Shown here in pieces: positions 36,549-49,742 of a DNA stretch of 59,930 bases. The stretch lies in assembly GCF_001194135.2 (NCBI RefSeq), contig NC_068992.1, positions 55,679,064 through 55,738,993 on the forward strand, written 5' to 3'. Position 1 is the first letter of the stretch. Each line of letters starts with the position of its first letter. The stretch is from Octopus bimaculoides. Taxonomy: Eukaryota. Under the pieces are notes generated by a model. The model worked only from the letters and a program-made list of their open reading frames with translations. It ran no database searches and was not told the origin of the DNA. The position numbers were made by a program, and so were the translations under genes.

Positions 36549-37656
36549 AATGTGTATGTATGTATGTATGTGTGTATGTGTATATACACACACACACATT
36601 ATTCAATTTTTTTAGTTCGTTATATGAAGTTTGTGCTTGATGAATATATTTGAGATATTTCTCAAGATATGAAACTATTAGTAGCACCTAAAGACATGTG
36701 TTGTGTCCTTTAAATAAACAATACTTATCTCTTACTAGATGGAGTACTTTTTTTTGTTGATTTTTCAATCATGGAACAGTACATTATATATATATATATA
36801 TATATATATGTACTGATGGCAGTTTTTCGTGTCCAAAAATCATGAGATGAGATTTTCATGTCCAAAAACCATCAGCAGGCCTACATGTGGCATGGAGGTC
36901 CTGACCACCAGTGTCTCTCATTTTCATCTCTTCTCCATCACTGCAAAAATTTTCTTCCTAGCTACACTTGGCGCTTTCAAAGTGTGAGTCAGTCTGTGCG
37001 ATCCAATCTCACTTTTTAGACTTGGACGTCTGACCATAGTGGCTCAGTGTGCCAAGACAGATGTGATGATGGGCAAGCAGTAGGTTTTACATAGGAGTGG
37101 CCTTCTCCAACATGAACTACCTTACAGAGCAGCTAAGTTCCAGGCTTCCACCTGCCCTAGAGCTGCCAGAAGTTTATCAAAGTCATTGCTGGACTACCCA
37201 AGAGACTCCACTTCATCTATATAGCTTATAAATTTACCCTGTTATACAAATATCACTATAGAATAATACTAAATAATAAATAATTATAACAAATTGAAAT
37301 ATATATTTATGCCCAATAAAATAGCTTCTGTATAACATAAATTTGCCCTATTTCTCATGTGTGTGTGTGTGTGTACAATTCTTTTATTTTTGGAACAGTG
37401 AAGAGCTTGAAACAGATGTAGAGAAATTTGAAGGATAGCTTTGGTTCAATGGTAAAACACCTGTCATGTTTACAGGAGATGTGAGTTCATGTCTCACAGG
37501 CAGCTTTCAACTTTTTCTATCCAAAGGGGGTTTTTTAGCCCGATATTTGCACATTATCATTATAGCTTCATCTCCTTTGAGATTCACTGTTTCAAAAACA
37601 GAATAGTTTCACATTCTCTTGAAAGTTTCTATATTCTTATGACATCAACAATGTGT

Positions 37657-37700
<44 letters not shown>

Positions 37701-38021
37701 ATTATACAATAGAAATTTTCAGTATGCAGTGTAAATTTATTCTGTACTCCATTATATAACATGCTGTATAATACAGAAGTTATCTATATACCAGTTGTAC
37801 TATATTGAATATAGTATGCGTGTGTATATTTAAGAAAAATCACTCATTGGAAGGAATGGAATGACCAAATGTAACCTAATGTATGTTTAGTGAGTTTCTT
37901 ATATAGACATTCATAAATATTGAGAAAATGTGTAGAATAACATAGAATGGGAAGTTACAAGTAAATATTAAAATGACATCATTCTTACACACACACACAC
38001 ATATACACACATACATATATA

Positions 38022-38126
<105 letters not shown>

Positions 38127-38778
38127 AATAGAGACACAATATAACAGAGATTACAGTGTAATAAAGATATATTATTATAGTATATTATATAATACCTATA
38201 TGATATGAGATATAATAGTTTGTAATGCAATAATAGTAATAATGATAAAATATAATGCCATATAATAAATGCATTACATGTTATATATGACTATATAATG
38301 CAATAGCTATATAATATAATAGATATATAACATATAAATAGAGTTTGATAATAAAATAAATATATGATAAATTATATATAGCAATAGATAATGTAATAGA
38401 TATATTACATGTTTATATAGCTATATAAAGTGTTAAATACATATATACATATATATATGTAATATACATAGGTATATAATATAATAGATATATAATTCAA
38501 TACATTGGGCATTTGATTTGGCACAAGACCAATTTTTGTTGGCAGGTATTGGTGTGATGGTAGTAGTGGTGGTGGTGATGGTGGTGGTGGTGGAGAAGGA
38601 GGATATTTTCAAGTGATTCAACCTCTAAATATTACTGGTACTTATTTTAATGTACTACTTTCCCCATACACAGAGAGGAAGGAATTTGATAATGTAGAAA
38701 AGACAAAACTAATTTCTATAATATATTCAGGTTATCTCATTTCGGTCAACTCAGTCTGGGAGCATATACATACATACA

Positions 38779-38814
<36 letters not shown>

Positions 38815-39968
38815 TATATATNNNNNNNNNNNNNNNNNNNNNNNNNNNNNNNNNNNNNNNNNNNNNNNNNNNNNNNNNNNNNNNNNNNNNNNNNNNNNNN
38901 NNNNNNNNNNNNNNNNNNNNNNNNNNNNNNNNNNNNNNNNNNNNNNNNNNNNNNNNNNNNNNNNNNNNNNNNNNNTATATATAACAGAAATACATATAAT
39001 CTCTTTTGCCATGGAGCAGTGGATAAAGTCATAAACCAAAAAATACAATGTTTGTATGGATAAACTCTCATTCAAAATGTTGAAGAATATACCACACATA
39101 CAACCTAACCATTTGAAGAGGCTTGAAAGATTGCCAGGATACTCTTAACATAGATAAGACTTCATATCTAAATAAAGGTTTCTAAGTTGTTGAAGTGAAA
39201 ATCTAACTGATTAAATAGAAGTATAAGAGTCATAATATCCTTAATAAGAATGTTTTAATCTCATAGTACAGCCTTAAATATATCAGTCTTCTCATTAATT
39301 TCCATGGCCATTTTTCAGCTTTATAGCAATATTTTGAGGTAATTTTCTTCCCCATGTGTAGCAGTTTCTCCATTTTATTCCAGTTAAAGGCAATTTCAGT
39401 CTTGTGTACATACTGCATGCAATTCCTGTTTTGTACAATGGATGTTGAGGAAATTTCTAATTTGTGTGCCAGACATAGGCAAAATCTGTCATCTAATTTC
39501 ATTATTATGTTTCGACAATTCTTTATTAAATGCCAGCTTGTAAGCAATTTCTGTCTTGTCAGTGTTGCATGCTATCATTTATAGGCATTATGTTCCAGTG
39601 TGGGTCATTAACCATTCCAAATTTTTAGAAGTGGCCTACAGACAACTGTTATGTAGTTTTTTTCTTATAATTTTTGCTGAAGTTTTTGTTTCTTACTTCA
39701 TACATTAGTTTATTTTTGATGGAAACTGAATGAAAATGTTTTTAAAAATGTTATATTCTCTTCAATCTTTAACATTCAATCAATTTATATGTATTTTCAT
39801 TGAGTTATTGAAATTATTTGAGTAGTTATGTTTGAACAGATGACTTTCGATTATAAAAATAAATGAACACAAATCAGTTTTATTTTTCTCTCTTCTCTTC
39901 AATGGTTGATTTTTCGGAATAAGATTTAAATGGAATTAATTCAGAAACCCCCAACTGAAAGGATTCCA

Positions 39969-40216
39969 TTATGTTTTAGCAGCCTTTAACGATGTTTCCT
40001 CTTTATCATCATCATTGCATATTACAGAATTGTCCAAATTTGATTTCCTGTGATGTCTTTTAAACTGACCTGGACTATGAGGCAGATCAATAAGCATAGT
40101 CGTGTCTCGATTGGTTTGTCCCGGGAGGTAATCATAGACCTTGTATTTCGGCGCAAACTCTGTGTGGGGAAGTTCCGCTGCCTCTTGATAAGCACCCTTT
40201 TTTGAGCTCTGGCTTC
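39969..40216 (-). CDS. ARRDC: Alpha-arrestin probable terminal coding exon
   Basis: Strong acceptor ctgatttctgttttctttaacAG. Phase 1, compatible with the previous exon. Gives (G)SQSSKKGAYQEAAELPHTEFAPKYKVYDYLPGQTNRD...SLKAAKT* with TAA at 39969-39971. FAPKY.VY resembles the F.P(R/K)Y..Y tail motif of invertebrate ARRDCs. Confidence 0.8.
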
Positions 40217-40399
40217 CTGTTAAAGAAAACAGAAATCAGTTTAGGGGGTTTAATACATATATATNNNNNNNNNNGTCTTACAGCTGTTTCAGGGAAAATC
40301 CAATGTATCCCTTCATTGGAGACGGTAATAGTAAAAGAATGGATTATTACATCTATAAGAGGAGATTTGTAGTAAGAAGTAAGAGCAATGCACAGAAAA

Positions 40400-40438
<39 letters not shown>

Positions 40439-40717
40439 AAATAATGAATGCAGGATACGTAATATAAAACGAAAAGGAAAAAATTCAATTGTCAATAATT
40501 GTGGTTGGCAGTGCAGGGTAGATCTACATTGCAAAAAATAAGAGTTCAAATCCCATATAGATGCAAAAAGGTTTTTTAACTCTTATTTCTAACAATGTAG
40601 ATGATACTCTGCAACATCAGTCACAATTAGTGACAATTGTATATAAATATATATATATATATGGGACAGCTATCATCTGTCAGGATGAAGCAATCATCAA
40701 ATATATATGTATGTGTG

Positions 40718-40757
<40 letters not shown>

Positions 40758-40942
40758 TAAAAAAGTATGGGATTACTCCAAAATGATTACCAGTTTCCTC
40801 TCATTTAGGTATTCAAAATATGTTATTCAACAGTTATCATATGAATCCAATAAAGTTTTTATAAGATAAGAAATTATATTAATATTCCGTTAGATGATTC
40901 TGAATTTATTTCCTTAACGATACGGGTTTCCTGGAGTTTAAA

Positions 40943-41098
40943 TATTGACAATATTAGAAATAAGAATTACCTGTAATTCTATAATTATATACTGCCTTTT
41001 GAAACATATGTGGGTCTTAAAAGGCAGTATATAATTACAGAATTAAAGGTAATGCTATTCCTACTTTGGAGTAATCCTTATTTTTGATATTGTCTATA
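40943..41098. mobile_element. MITE-like element with a nested hairpin
   Basis: Outer imperfect IR at about 40943-40970 and 41071-41098; inner 34-bp stem at 40967-41000 and 41019-41052. Confidence 0.7.
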
Positions 41099-41737
41099 TA
41101 TATATATTTCGTTTTTGGATTTGGTTTGCAAGATTTTTTTATGTGATTTCGTGTGTTGAAGCATATTTTAGGAAAATAAAATTAATAAGTGGAAATTTTA
41201 ACGGTGAGTGTGTTAAATTTTAAGGCACGATAAGAAAATGACTCTCCCCAGACACAACAGTATATATATATATATACTAGTAACTAATATTATGTCACAA
41301 ATCAATATCATTTCAAAATACAACATCAAATAGAAATTATTATTATTATTATAAATGCCAGAAAATAATGAGATATTGAAAACAAAAGATTATATTATTT
41401 ATGTTACACTATTACACTTCAAAAGTTGAACTTTAATTTGTTTTTATAACATCGAATATTCTTCATTCAACAATGATGTTGTTTGTGTCTTTAGTAGACT
41501 TATTAATCACATACTTGTAGTTGCTGTGAAATCTATGGTTGGCGACAGTTGCCAGGCTATGTTGACTGTTCCTGACTTACATCATTTGTACTATAACTGT
41601 TCAATAAATACATTTCCATATTAAGTAATTGAATATACTCATATTACTCTCACTTTCTCTCTCACTCTCCCCTCTCTCTCTTCCTCCCTTTCTCTCTCTC
41701 TCCCTCTCCATATATATATATGTATATGTATATATAT

Positions 41738-41958
41738 GTTCTTTTATTCTTTTATTCGTTTCGGTCATTTGACTGCAGCCATGCTGGAGCATCACCTTTA
41801 GTTGAACAAACTGACCCCAGGACTTATTCTTTGTAAGCCTAGTACTTATTCTATAAGTCTCTTTTGCCGAACCACTAAGTTACGGGGACATAAACACACC
41901 AGCGTCGGTTGTCAAGTGATGTTGCCAGGGACAAACACAGACACACAAACATATACAT

Positions 41959-42002
<44 letters not shown>

Positions 42003-42165
42003 GGGCTTCTTTCATTCTTTCAGTTTCCGTCTACCAAATCCACTCACAAGGCATTAGTAGGCCCGAGGCTATAGTAGAAGACGCTTGCCCAAGGTGCCAT
42101 GCAATAGGACTGAACCCAGAAGCATGTGATTGGTACACAAGCTACTTACTACACAGCTGCTCCTG
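41738..42165 (-). mobile_element. SINE family C, full length (in arrestin intron)
   Basis: Reverse complement of the family C sequence. Confidence 0.88.
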
Positions 42166-42313
42166 CACCTGTGTGTAAATATATATATATATATGTACAT
42201 AGAAATGATTATACCAATGGACAGAGTATAAAAATCACCACACCAGTAAAATTAGTATTTAAGTATATAATTAATAAATATATAATTATAATTAAGGGTG
42301 CTGGCATTACCCT

Positions 42314-42351
<38 letters not shown>

Positions 42352-42833
42352 TCATCATCATCATCATCATCGTTTAACGTCCGCTTTCCATGCTAGCATG
42401 GGTTGGACGATTTGACTGAGGACTGGTGAAACCGGATGGCAACACCAGGCTCCAGTCCGATTTGGCAGAGTTTCTACAGCTGGATGCCCTTCCTAACGCT
42501 ATATATTATAATATATATCATATAATATATGTATTATATATTACATATAATATATATATATCTGGTAGCAATATATATTGTATATTGAGGGTGCACTGTC
42601 GCATCAATTACCAGCTGGCAGACAAGAATGAAATGGTTGGATAATATCAATCATTTCAGTTGGTCATACTTGGGAATCTGGCCAGAAAGTTTAATGGTGG
42701 TTGCTTCTGAAGGAAGAGGTGCCTCAAGACTCTTCTCCAGAAAGCATCCCAGGAGAAGATGAATGGATTGATAAAATGAAAAACTGGGAAACAAAAATGG
42801 TAGACAGGAAGAATATAAAACTGTTTTTGTTAC

Positions 42834-42936
42834 CTCTGTAAGACCATTTTGCAACTTCTGTACCTGTTTCAGGAATGGTTGCTATAACAATTGGAACAGC
42901 AGCATAAAGGTTGAAATCATCAAATGCTGTATCAAT
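42834..42936 (-). CDS. ARRDC: Alpha-arrestin exon, end of arrestin-C domain
   Basis: Acceptor ttccttactgtttcAG, donor AGAG|GTAACA. 103 nt, phase 0-1. Encodes IDTAFDDFNLYAAVPIVIATIPETGTEVAKWSYR; VPIVIATIP corresponds to the conserved LP(L/I)VIGT(I/V)P. Confidence 0.88.
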
Positions 42937-43263
42937 CTGAAACAGTAAGGAAATATTCTTCAAGGAATCTTTTGCAAGACATTTGGTTCAAAACCAACCA
43001 ATCACAAAATTTGTTCCATCAGAATGATGGATGAGCGTCGAAGTCCTTTCAGCTTGTATCACTTGGGTTGATCAATCAGCCTGGGAGTTCCAAGAGGGTA
43101 AAGAGATTAGTATAGTTCAGCAGATGCAGAATAGATGGGATGGTCATATCTGGAACCCATTTGCTTATAGGTTTTGTTTACTGAAAGCTGACCTGGCCTA
43201 CAGAAAAACAACAAGAACAACAACAGCAATAAATCAAAAAGAAAGAAAAGTTGAAGTAATTAC

Positions 43264-43440
43264 CGCCACACAATATTTGATGCTGATAATTTTGCACATA
43301 TCCAGTCGGGATGGACATGTTGGAGGCACAGTAAATTCATATCCTTGCCAATGACAGCTCTGTCCAGGCCGGATTGATTCACACAACTTGGAACTTGCCA
43401 CAATTACAACAACTGGACAGGAATCACTACATCGGACAAT
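43264..43440 (-). CDS. ARRDC: Alpha-arrestin internal exon (missed by the ORF track)
   Basis: Acceptor cctttgtatttttacAG, donor GCG|GTAATT. 177 nt, phase 0-0. Encodes IVRCSDSCPVVVIVASSKLCESIRPGQSCHWQGYEFTVPPTCPSRLDMCKIISIKYCVA, matching the arrestin-C motif W....L.IPP..PS.L..C.II.V.Y. Confidence 0.9.
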
Positions 43441-43571
43441 CTGTAAAAATACAAAGGATGAAATTTAGAGATCTGCATGGATGGATGTGAAGATCTTCAG
43501 AGATATTTGAGATGAAATATGAAGATATGTGGAATGGAATGTGTAGCCGTACAAGGGACAACATGCAAGGA

Positions 43572-43895
43572 TTGTTGGCACTCCGTCGCTTACGACGTCG
43601 AGGGTTCCAGTTGATCCGATCAACGGAACAGCCTGCTCGTGAAATTAACGTGCAATCGTCTGAGCAATCCACGAACACGTGTACACTTAACGTTGTTCTC
43701 AGGGAGATTCAGCATGAGACAGATTGGGACAAGGCTGGTCCTTTGAAATAGAGGTACTACTCATTTTTGCCAGCTGAGTTAACTGGAACATGGTGAAATA
43801 AAGTATCTTGCTCAAGGACAAATTGCACCCCCAGGAATCGAACTCACAACCTTATGATCATGAGCCAAATACCATAACCAGTAAGTCATGTGCCT
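43572..43895 (-). mobile_element. SINE with family B 3' tail and a different (CTTGCTCAAGGA-type) head
   Basis: 43572-43760 matches family B; 43760-43895 matches head fragments at 12190-12345 and 27780-27900. Confidence 0.7.
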
Positions 43896-44596
43896 TCACA
43901 TACTAAATGTATAGAAACTGTCAAAAGGCATGAAGTTGTGGAATTGATAAAACCTCTTCCTAGACATATGTTAAAAACACAAAATATATTGAAGCAAGAC
44001 AAATGCCATTATTACAGTAACTAACAAGAATAACGGATGTATTTTGACTCTTTTGATGCTTTTCAATGCTATACACCTGAACGTCACCTACTCAAATGAA
44101 ATTTGTGCCTTGATATATGTAGAAAATATTGAATAAAACATTTACTGATATCACAGAAGCTTGCTAGGCTGTAGGAAAACTCAGTATACGCAAATGAAAC
44201 ACAATTAAACTAAAATCATCATCTGTGTATCATACTAAATGTATATATGCCACTTGAAGGCAAGCATAAGGCTGCAGAATTGTCTGAGATAGAATCTTAA
44301 AAACACAATGTATATGAGACTGAGACCAACATTGTCACTGCAGTGACTCATAAGCACAATATGTACTGTGAGTTTAACACAAGAAATCTATGAAGAGACT
44401 TTATCTTATGCAGATCCACAGCTTCATAATCTTCTAATGGTGAATATATGTTTGTGTTATACACAAATGGGAATTTTAGTTTCAACTGTAATATTAGTTG
44501 TGTTCACTGACATTTTATATGGACACACACTTGCGTACATACGCGTGAGAGTCTGTGTGCATCTGTGTGAGTGTGTGTTTGTGTTTGTATGTGTGA

Positions 44597-44642
<46 letters not shown>

Positions 44643-45214
44643 TTATACAGGGATGTCAAACTTGTTTGGCTTTGCAAGCCAGATTAAAGCATCAGCTGAA
44701 CACCAAAGGTCACATAAGAACAATTATTCCTAAAACCATTTTTCTTAATGTAGACTAAAGTAAATGGATAAAGGAGTCAATACGTAACAAGTTTATTAAC
44801 AATAAAGAAAGGAAAGAGCATAAAATATTAGCAAAGTTTGAGTGTGTGAACAGAGATAGAAATTGTCCAAATGAATGAATACAATTCTTAAGAAGACCAA
44901 TGCTATATAGAAAACTTGGACTATTACAGCTGCAAAAACCTTTCAATAATGTTCATATCTCTAGAATCCATTCAGATGAAGACATGAAAAAAATAATCTT
45001 CCGTTTGGTTTCGTATATATATAAACAAACTGAAGGAGAAACAGGACACTTCTGTTGTTTTTGTTTTTTTTTAGTGCGTGAATTCATAAGCTTCTTTCGT
45101 CATTGGTTGAAATAACAAAAGATTACCTAAGGTGTATTGATTTGACTAAATGGAACTTGGTGCTAATTATGGTTTAAGTTGGATTCCATCTCTGAATGCA
45201 TGCTAATGACATAT

Positions 45215-45432
45215 ACGAGGGGGTGCTGAAAAGTTCCTGGCTTTGGGTAAGAGAAAATACAGGAAGATGTTAATTACAATTTTATTCAACATATTCCTCC
45301 TCTCAGATTCACATACTTATTGCAGCAGTCCTTCAGTTTTTCTAAGCCCTGTAAAAGAACTAGGAAAGTTGGGCCTCCAACCAGGCTTTTTGTGATACCC
45401 TTAAAGCCAGGAACATTACAGCAACCCCTCGT
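45215..45432. mobile_element. Mariner-derived MITE (family F)
   Basis: TA CGAGGGGGTGCTGAAAAGTTCCTGGCTTT...AAAGCCAGGAACATTACAGCAACCCCTCG TA; partial copy at 49457-49648. Confidence 0.85.
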
Positions 45433-45489
45433 ACTTTGCAGAATATTTGAAAATTCAAAAGAATAATCTTTTATCTTTTAATTGTTTTG

Positions 45490-45697
45490 ATCATCTTGAC
45501 CACAGTCAAGCTGGAGCACTGCCTTGAAGGGTCTTAGTTGAAGAAGTCGACCCCAGAAATTACTTTATTTTAGGCCTACTACTTATTCTATCAGTCCCTT
45601 GTGCTGAACCGCTAAGTTACAAGGATGTAAACACACCAACACCAGTTGTCAATCAGTGGTGAAGGACAAACACAGATGCAAAGACATACACACATAG

Positions 45698-45753
<56 letters not shown>

Positions 45754-45900
45754 GACAGATTTCTTGCAGTTTCCATCTACCAAATCCACTCACAAAGCTT
45801 TGGTCAGCCTGAGGCAATAGCTGAAGATACTTGCCCAATGTGCCATGCAGTGGGACTGAACCTGGGACCATGTGGTTGAAAGCAAGCTACTTACCACAGA
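45490..45900 (-). mobile_element. SINE family C
   Basis: Reverse complement of the family C sequence, CpG-decayed. Confidence 0.85.
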
Positions 45901-47329
45901 GAACAAATCAACACTAGTACTTATTTTTACAATATTCACAATTTACAATTTTCGCAGTATTTAAAGAAAGATTTTCTTCAAAATTACTGACTATTTAAAA
46001 AAGTATTCTGGAAAATAGAATGTCACAAATCTTTTAGAGAGAAGATTCCATGATGCAGAATCATCTTTCAAAGATGTTTGTGTTTTTCAAAAAGATTTTT
46101 TTTTTTTAATAATTAATAACTTTTTTAAAAAATCATTTCTTTAATGATGTTTGTGTGTGTGTGTGTGCACACGCATATGCATGTGTGTGTTTCCTATTCA
46201 ACCATCAGATATTTGGCTTAAATTATAACAGCTCATAACAAAAGTGGAATTAGACAGTATCTCAACTCAAAATTAGTAAACACCTGTGAATTGTGAATTT
46301 AACGCTAATGATAATTTTCCTGGACTAGATTTTGATACTTAGGGCAAATTAATTCCAACTGTGAAATTGATAATACCTTTAAGATAACACTTAGTAATAT
46401 TATTGATTATAATTCTGCTAATAATCCTGTCTTAACACCTAGTTCTGAGAGGAGGATTAATACTAATTCCTTTGACCATGGGTACCACATACAAGTGAAT
46501 AAATGCATTTGTAACTTCAAAAGCAAAATTATCTATCCTTTAGGAAATCTATGTTTAAAGAATCAATACAAGGCCATAACAGGAGATCATATGGTTTATT
46601 ACATAGTTTCGTCTGCTACAGTTTGAAAATCTAGATAGCAAAATAATTCTTTCATTTAAGTATAGAAGAAAATACAATTCTACAAATCTTAGTCAATGCA
46701 TTTGGGATTTAAAAGACAAAAACATTAACTATGATATAAAGTGGTCCATTATTAGTAATGCATCATCGTACGATATTGGTAATTTTAAATGTGATCTTTG
46801 CCATGAGGAAATAATATTACATAATTACTTCTAAATACATATTCTTAAATTTTAGAAGTAATTTTACCGGTGTGCTAACGTTTCTGCCAGCTTCCCGCCT
46901 CTTTCAGTTTCTGTCAACCAAATCCACTCAAAGTCTGTGGATGGCACATGGTTTATAAAAGAAGACTCTTCTACAAGATTTCATACAATGGGATTGAACT
47001 CAGAACCATGTGGTTGGGGAGCAAACCTCTTGCCACTCAGTCATGCCAACTCCTACATATTTGTATAAAATATATTCAATCTGTGAATAGCGATATCAAT
47101 ATGACATTGCATATTAAGGCTTTAATTGTGTTAAACAGATTTTATTTCTTCCATTTTGTTGCTGTCTTTTTTTTTTGTTTGTTTTTATTTAGCTCATTCT
47201 GTTAAATCTAATAAAAGAAGTCCTTAGATACGTTAAAATGTTCTAATTTCCTAACATCAATGAAAAGAGTAATAACAATAAAATGTAATTCCTCTAATTG
47301 AATCAAAGAGGAATCGAGTCAAGGTGGGG

Positions 47330-47439
47330 GTGGGGGTGGAGAAAGAAAGAAAAAGAGGGGGAGGAAGAGAGAGAGAAAAGGAAAGAAAGAAAAGAGAGAG
47401 GGGGAAGGAAGAAAGAAAAAGAAAGAGAAAAAAGGAGGA

Positions 47440-47475
<36 letters not shown>

Positions 47476-47482
47476 GAGAAAA

Positions 47483-47534
<52 letters not shown>

Positions 47535-47535
47535 G
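47330..47535. repeat. (GAAA)n purine tract
   Basis: Direct reading. Confidence 0.95.
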
Positions 47536-47620
47536 GGGATTGTATTGTTGTATATATGTGTATATGAGAGAGACAAAGAAGAAGGTATGTACATGAGAAA
47601 ATGAGAAAAAAAGGAGGAAA

Positions 47621-47673
<53 letters not shown>

Positions 47674-48782
47674 CATGAGAATAATAGAAACAGAGTAAGA
47701 GAATATGTGTGAGAAAGAGAGAAAAAGGTGAGATGATGAGTTACATGCATGTATGTATACGTGTGAGTGTGAGGGCGAAAGAGAGAAAGAACCTCTACAT
47801 GCATAAGAGAGATGTAGAGAATGCATGTGATAAATAAAGAGAGAGGGAGAGAAGAGAGACAGACAGATAGACAGAAGGAGGTGGGTGGATAGATAGAAAG
47901 GGATAAGAAATGAGTAAGGGGAGATAACACCTAATAGAAGTTCTCCAGTTACATCGTCTGCCATTCTTCATTTGAAACTTGTTCAGTTATAAGATATCAT
48001 GCTGGTTATTTTGGGGTTATTTCTATGTCATTTGTTTCATTAAAACAAATGGAAATGAAAATATTGAATTAAATACAAAAATTTGGAATAAAAATAAATT
48101 TCATTAGAGTGTCAGTTAATATCAAAAACAGAATATCAGAAACCTTGTAATAATAAAAAAAATAACAATTAAAATCTTTTAAAAAAAAATCAATATACTC
48201 GGCATTAAATAAAGAAAAAAAAATTGTCTAATTTTGCTTGTCAAAAAAGAGTTAAAAGATTTCCTTCTTNNNNNNNNNNNNNNNNNNNNNNNNNNNNNNN
48301 NNNNNNNNNNNNNNNNNNNNNNNNNNNNNNNNNNNNNNNNNNNNNNNNNNNNNNNNNNNNNNNNNNNNNNNNNNNNNNNNNNNNNNNNNNNNNNNNNNNN
48401 NNNNNNNNNNNNNNNNNNNNNNNNNNNNNNNNNNNNNNNNNNNNNNNNNNNNNNNNNNNNNNNNNNNNNNNNNNNNNNNNNNNNNNNNNNNNNNNNNNNN
48501 NNNNNNNNNNNNNNNNNNNNNNNNNNNNNNNNNNNNNNNNNNNNNNNNNNNNNNNNNNNNNNNNNNNNNNNNNNNNNNNNNNNNNNNNNNNNNNNNNNNN
48601 NNNNNNNNNNNNNNNNNNNNNNNNNNNNNNNNNNNNNNNNNNNNNNNNNNNNNNNNNNNNNNNNNNNNNNNNNNNNNNNNNNNNNNNNNNNNNNNNNNNN
48701 NNNNNNNNNNNNNNNNNNNNNNNNNNNNNNNNNNNNNNNNNNNNNNNNNNNNNNNNNNNNNNNTATATATATATAAGCAATG

Positions 48783-49120
48783 TTAAATCTCTGAACGAGG
48801 TATTAACAGTAACTGCACGACAAGGTGAAGTATATTTGCCACTTAAATCTGGCTGACCCCTAAGGGTGGATGTTACTGTTGCTTTTAGCCCCAGGAGAAC
48901 ATCTCCTCCAGCTGGTTATTGACACACATCTGTGTCCTGTCTGTATTTGCAAAGGGAAGTCATCCTTCCCATCTTGATCTGCGATACGTACGGACTCGAG
49001 TTTCTGGGTATTTACCCGTCCTCAGCGTACGACAATCGCCGACCTTCGATGCGAAAGATATCCCAATGCAAATACATATATCTTTTTCCAGTGATATATG
49101 TATATATATCGTTTGTAGAA
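48783..49120 (+). mobile_element. Unclassified structured repeat unit, copy 1
   Basis: Colinear homology to the reverse complement of 53633-53982, but starting at a different point of the unit. Confidence 0.75.
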
Positions 49121-49171
49121 ATACATAAATTCGTCTTAGAAGCACACTCTAAGATGTAGAGCAGTAAATGT

Positions 49172-49351
49172 TATAGTGGGCTAGGCCAGTTATGGGGTTA
49201 CTCTGAGTTTCTCGCAAATAAAGGGTTTAGCCTTATGGCATATCTTCAGACCCCGAACACTCTTGTTTGGGGTTTGAAGGTACACTATAAAGCTAAACCC
49301 TTATGTATGAGAAACCTAGGGTTACCCTATAAACCAGCCTACCCCACTATA
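49172..49351. mobile_element. 180-bp foldback MITE
   Basis: TATAGTGGG...CCCACTATA termini; arms complementary over almost the whole length. Confidence 0.8.
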
Positions 49352-49742
49352 ATATAAATATATATATATATTCTTTTATTCTTTTACTTGTTTCAGTCAT
49401 TTTGACTGTAGCCATGCTGGAGCACCACCTTTAGTTGAACAAATCAACCCCAGGACTTGGGTAAAAGAAAATACAGAAGGATCAGTTAAATATGATTTTA
49501 TTTAGCATATTCCCTTCTCAGATTCATACACATATTGCAGTGGTCTTTCAATCTTTCTAAGCCCTGTAAAAGAACTCAGAAGGTTGGGTCTTTAACCAGG
49601 CCTTTTGCAGTACCCTTAAAACCAGGAACTTTTTAGCACCCCCTCATGTATGTTTATGCTTATAAAAAAATGTAAGTGTACACAAAAATATATTGCGTAG
49701 AATTCCACTCAAAGCAGCAGCAAAATTAAATGAAAATCTCAC

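Noticed and set aside
36960-37230. GC-richer segment that might be a Tx1 LINE fragment
   Set aside because: Translation is too degraded to name any motif with confidence.
48870-48915. Resemblance of GTTGCTTTTAGCCCC to pistol/hatchet/twister or HDV-like ribozyme segments
   Set aside because: The required helices and pseudoknots could not be assembled on either strand; retained only as an unclassified structured RNA candidate.
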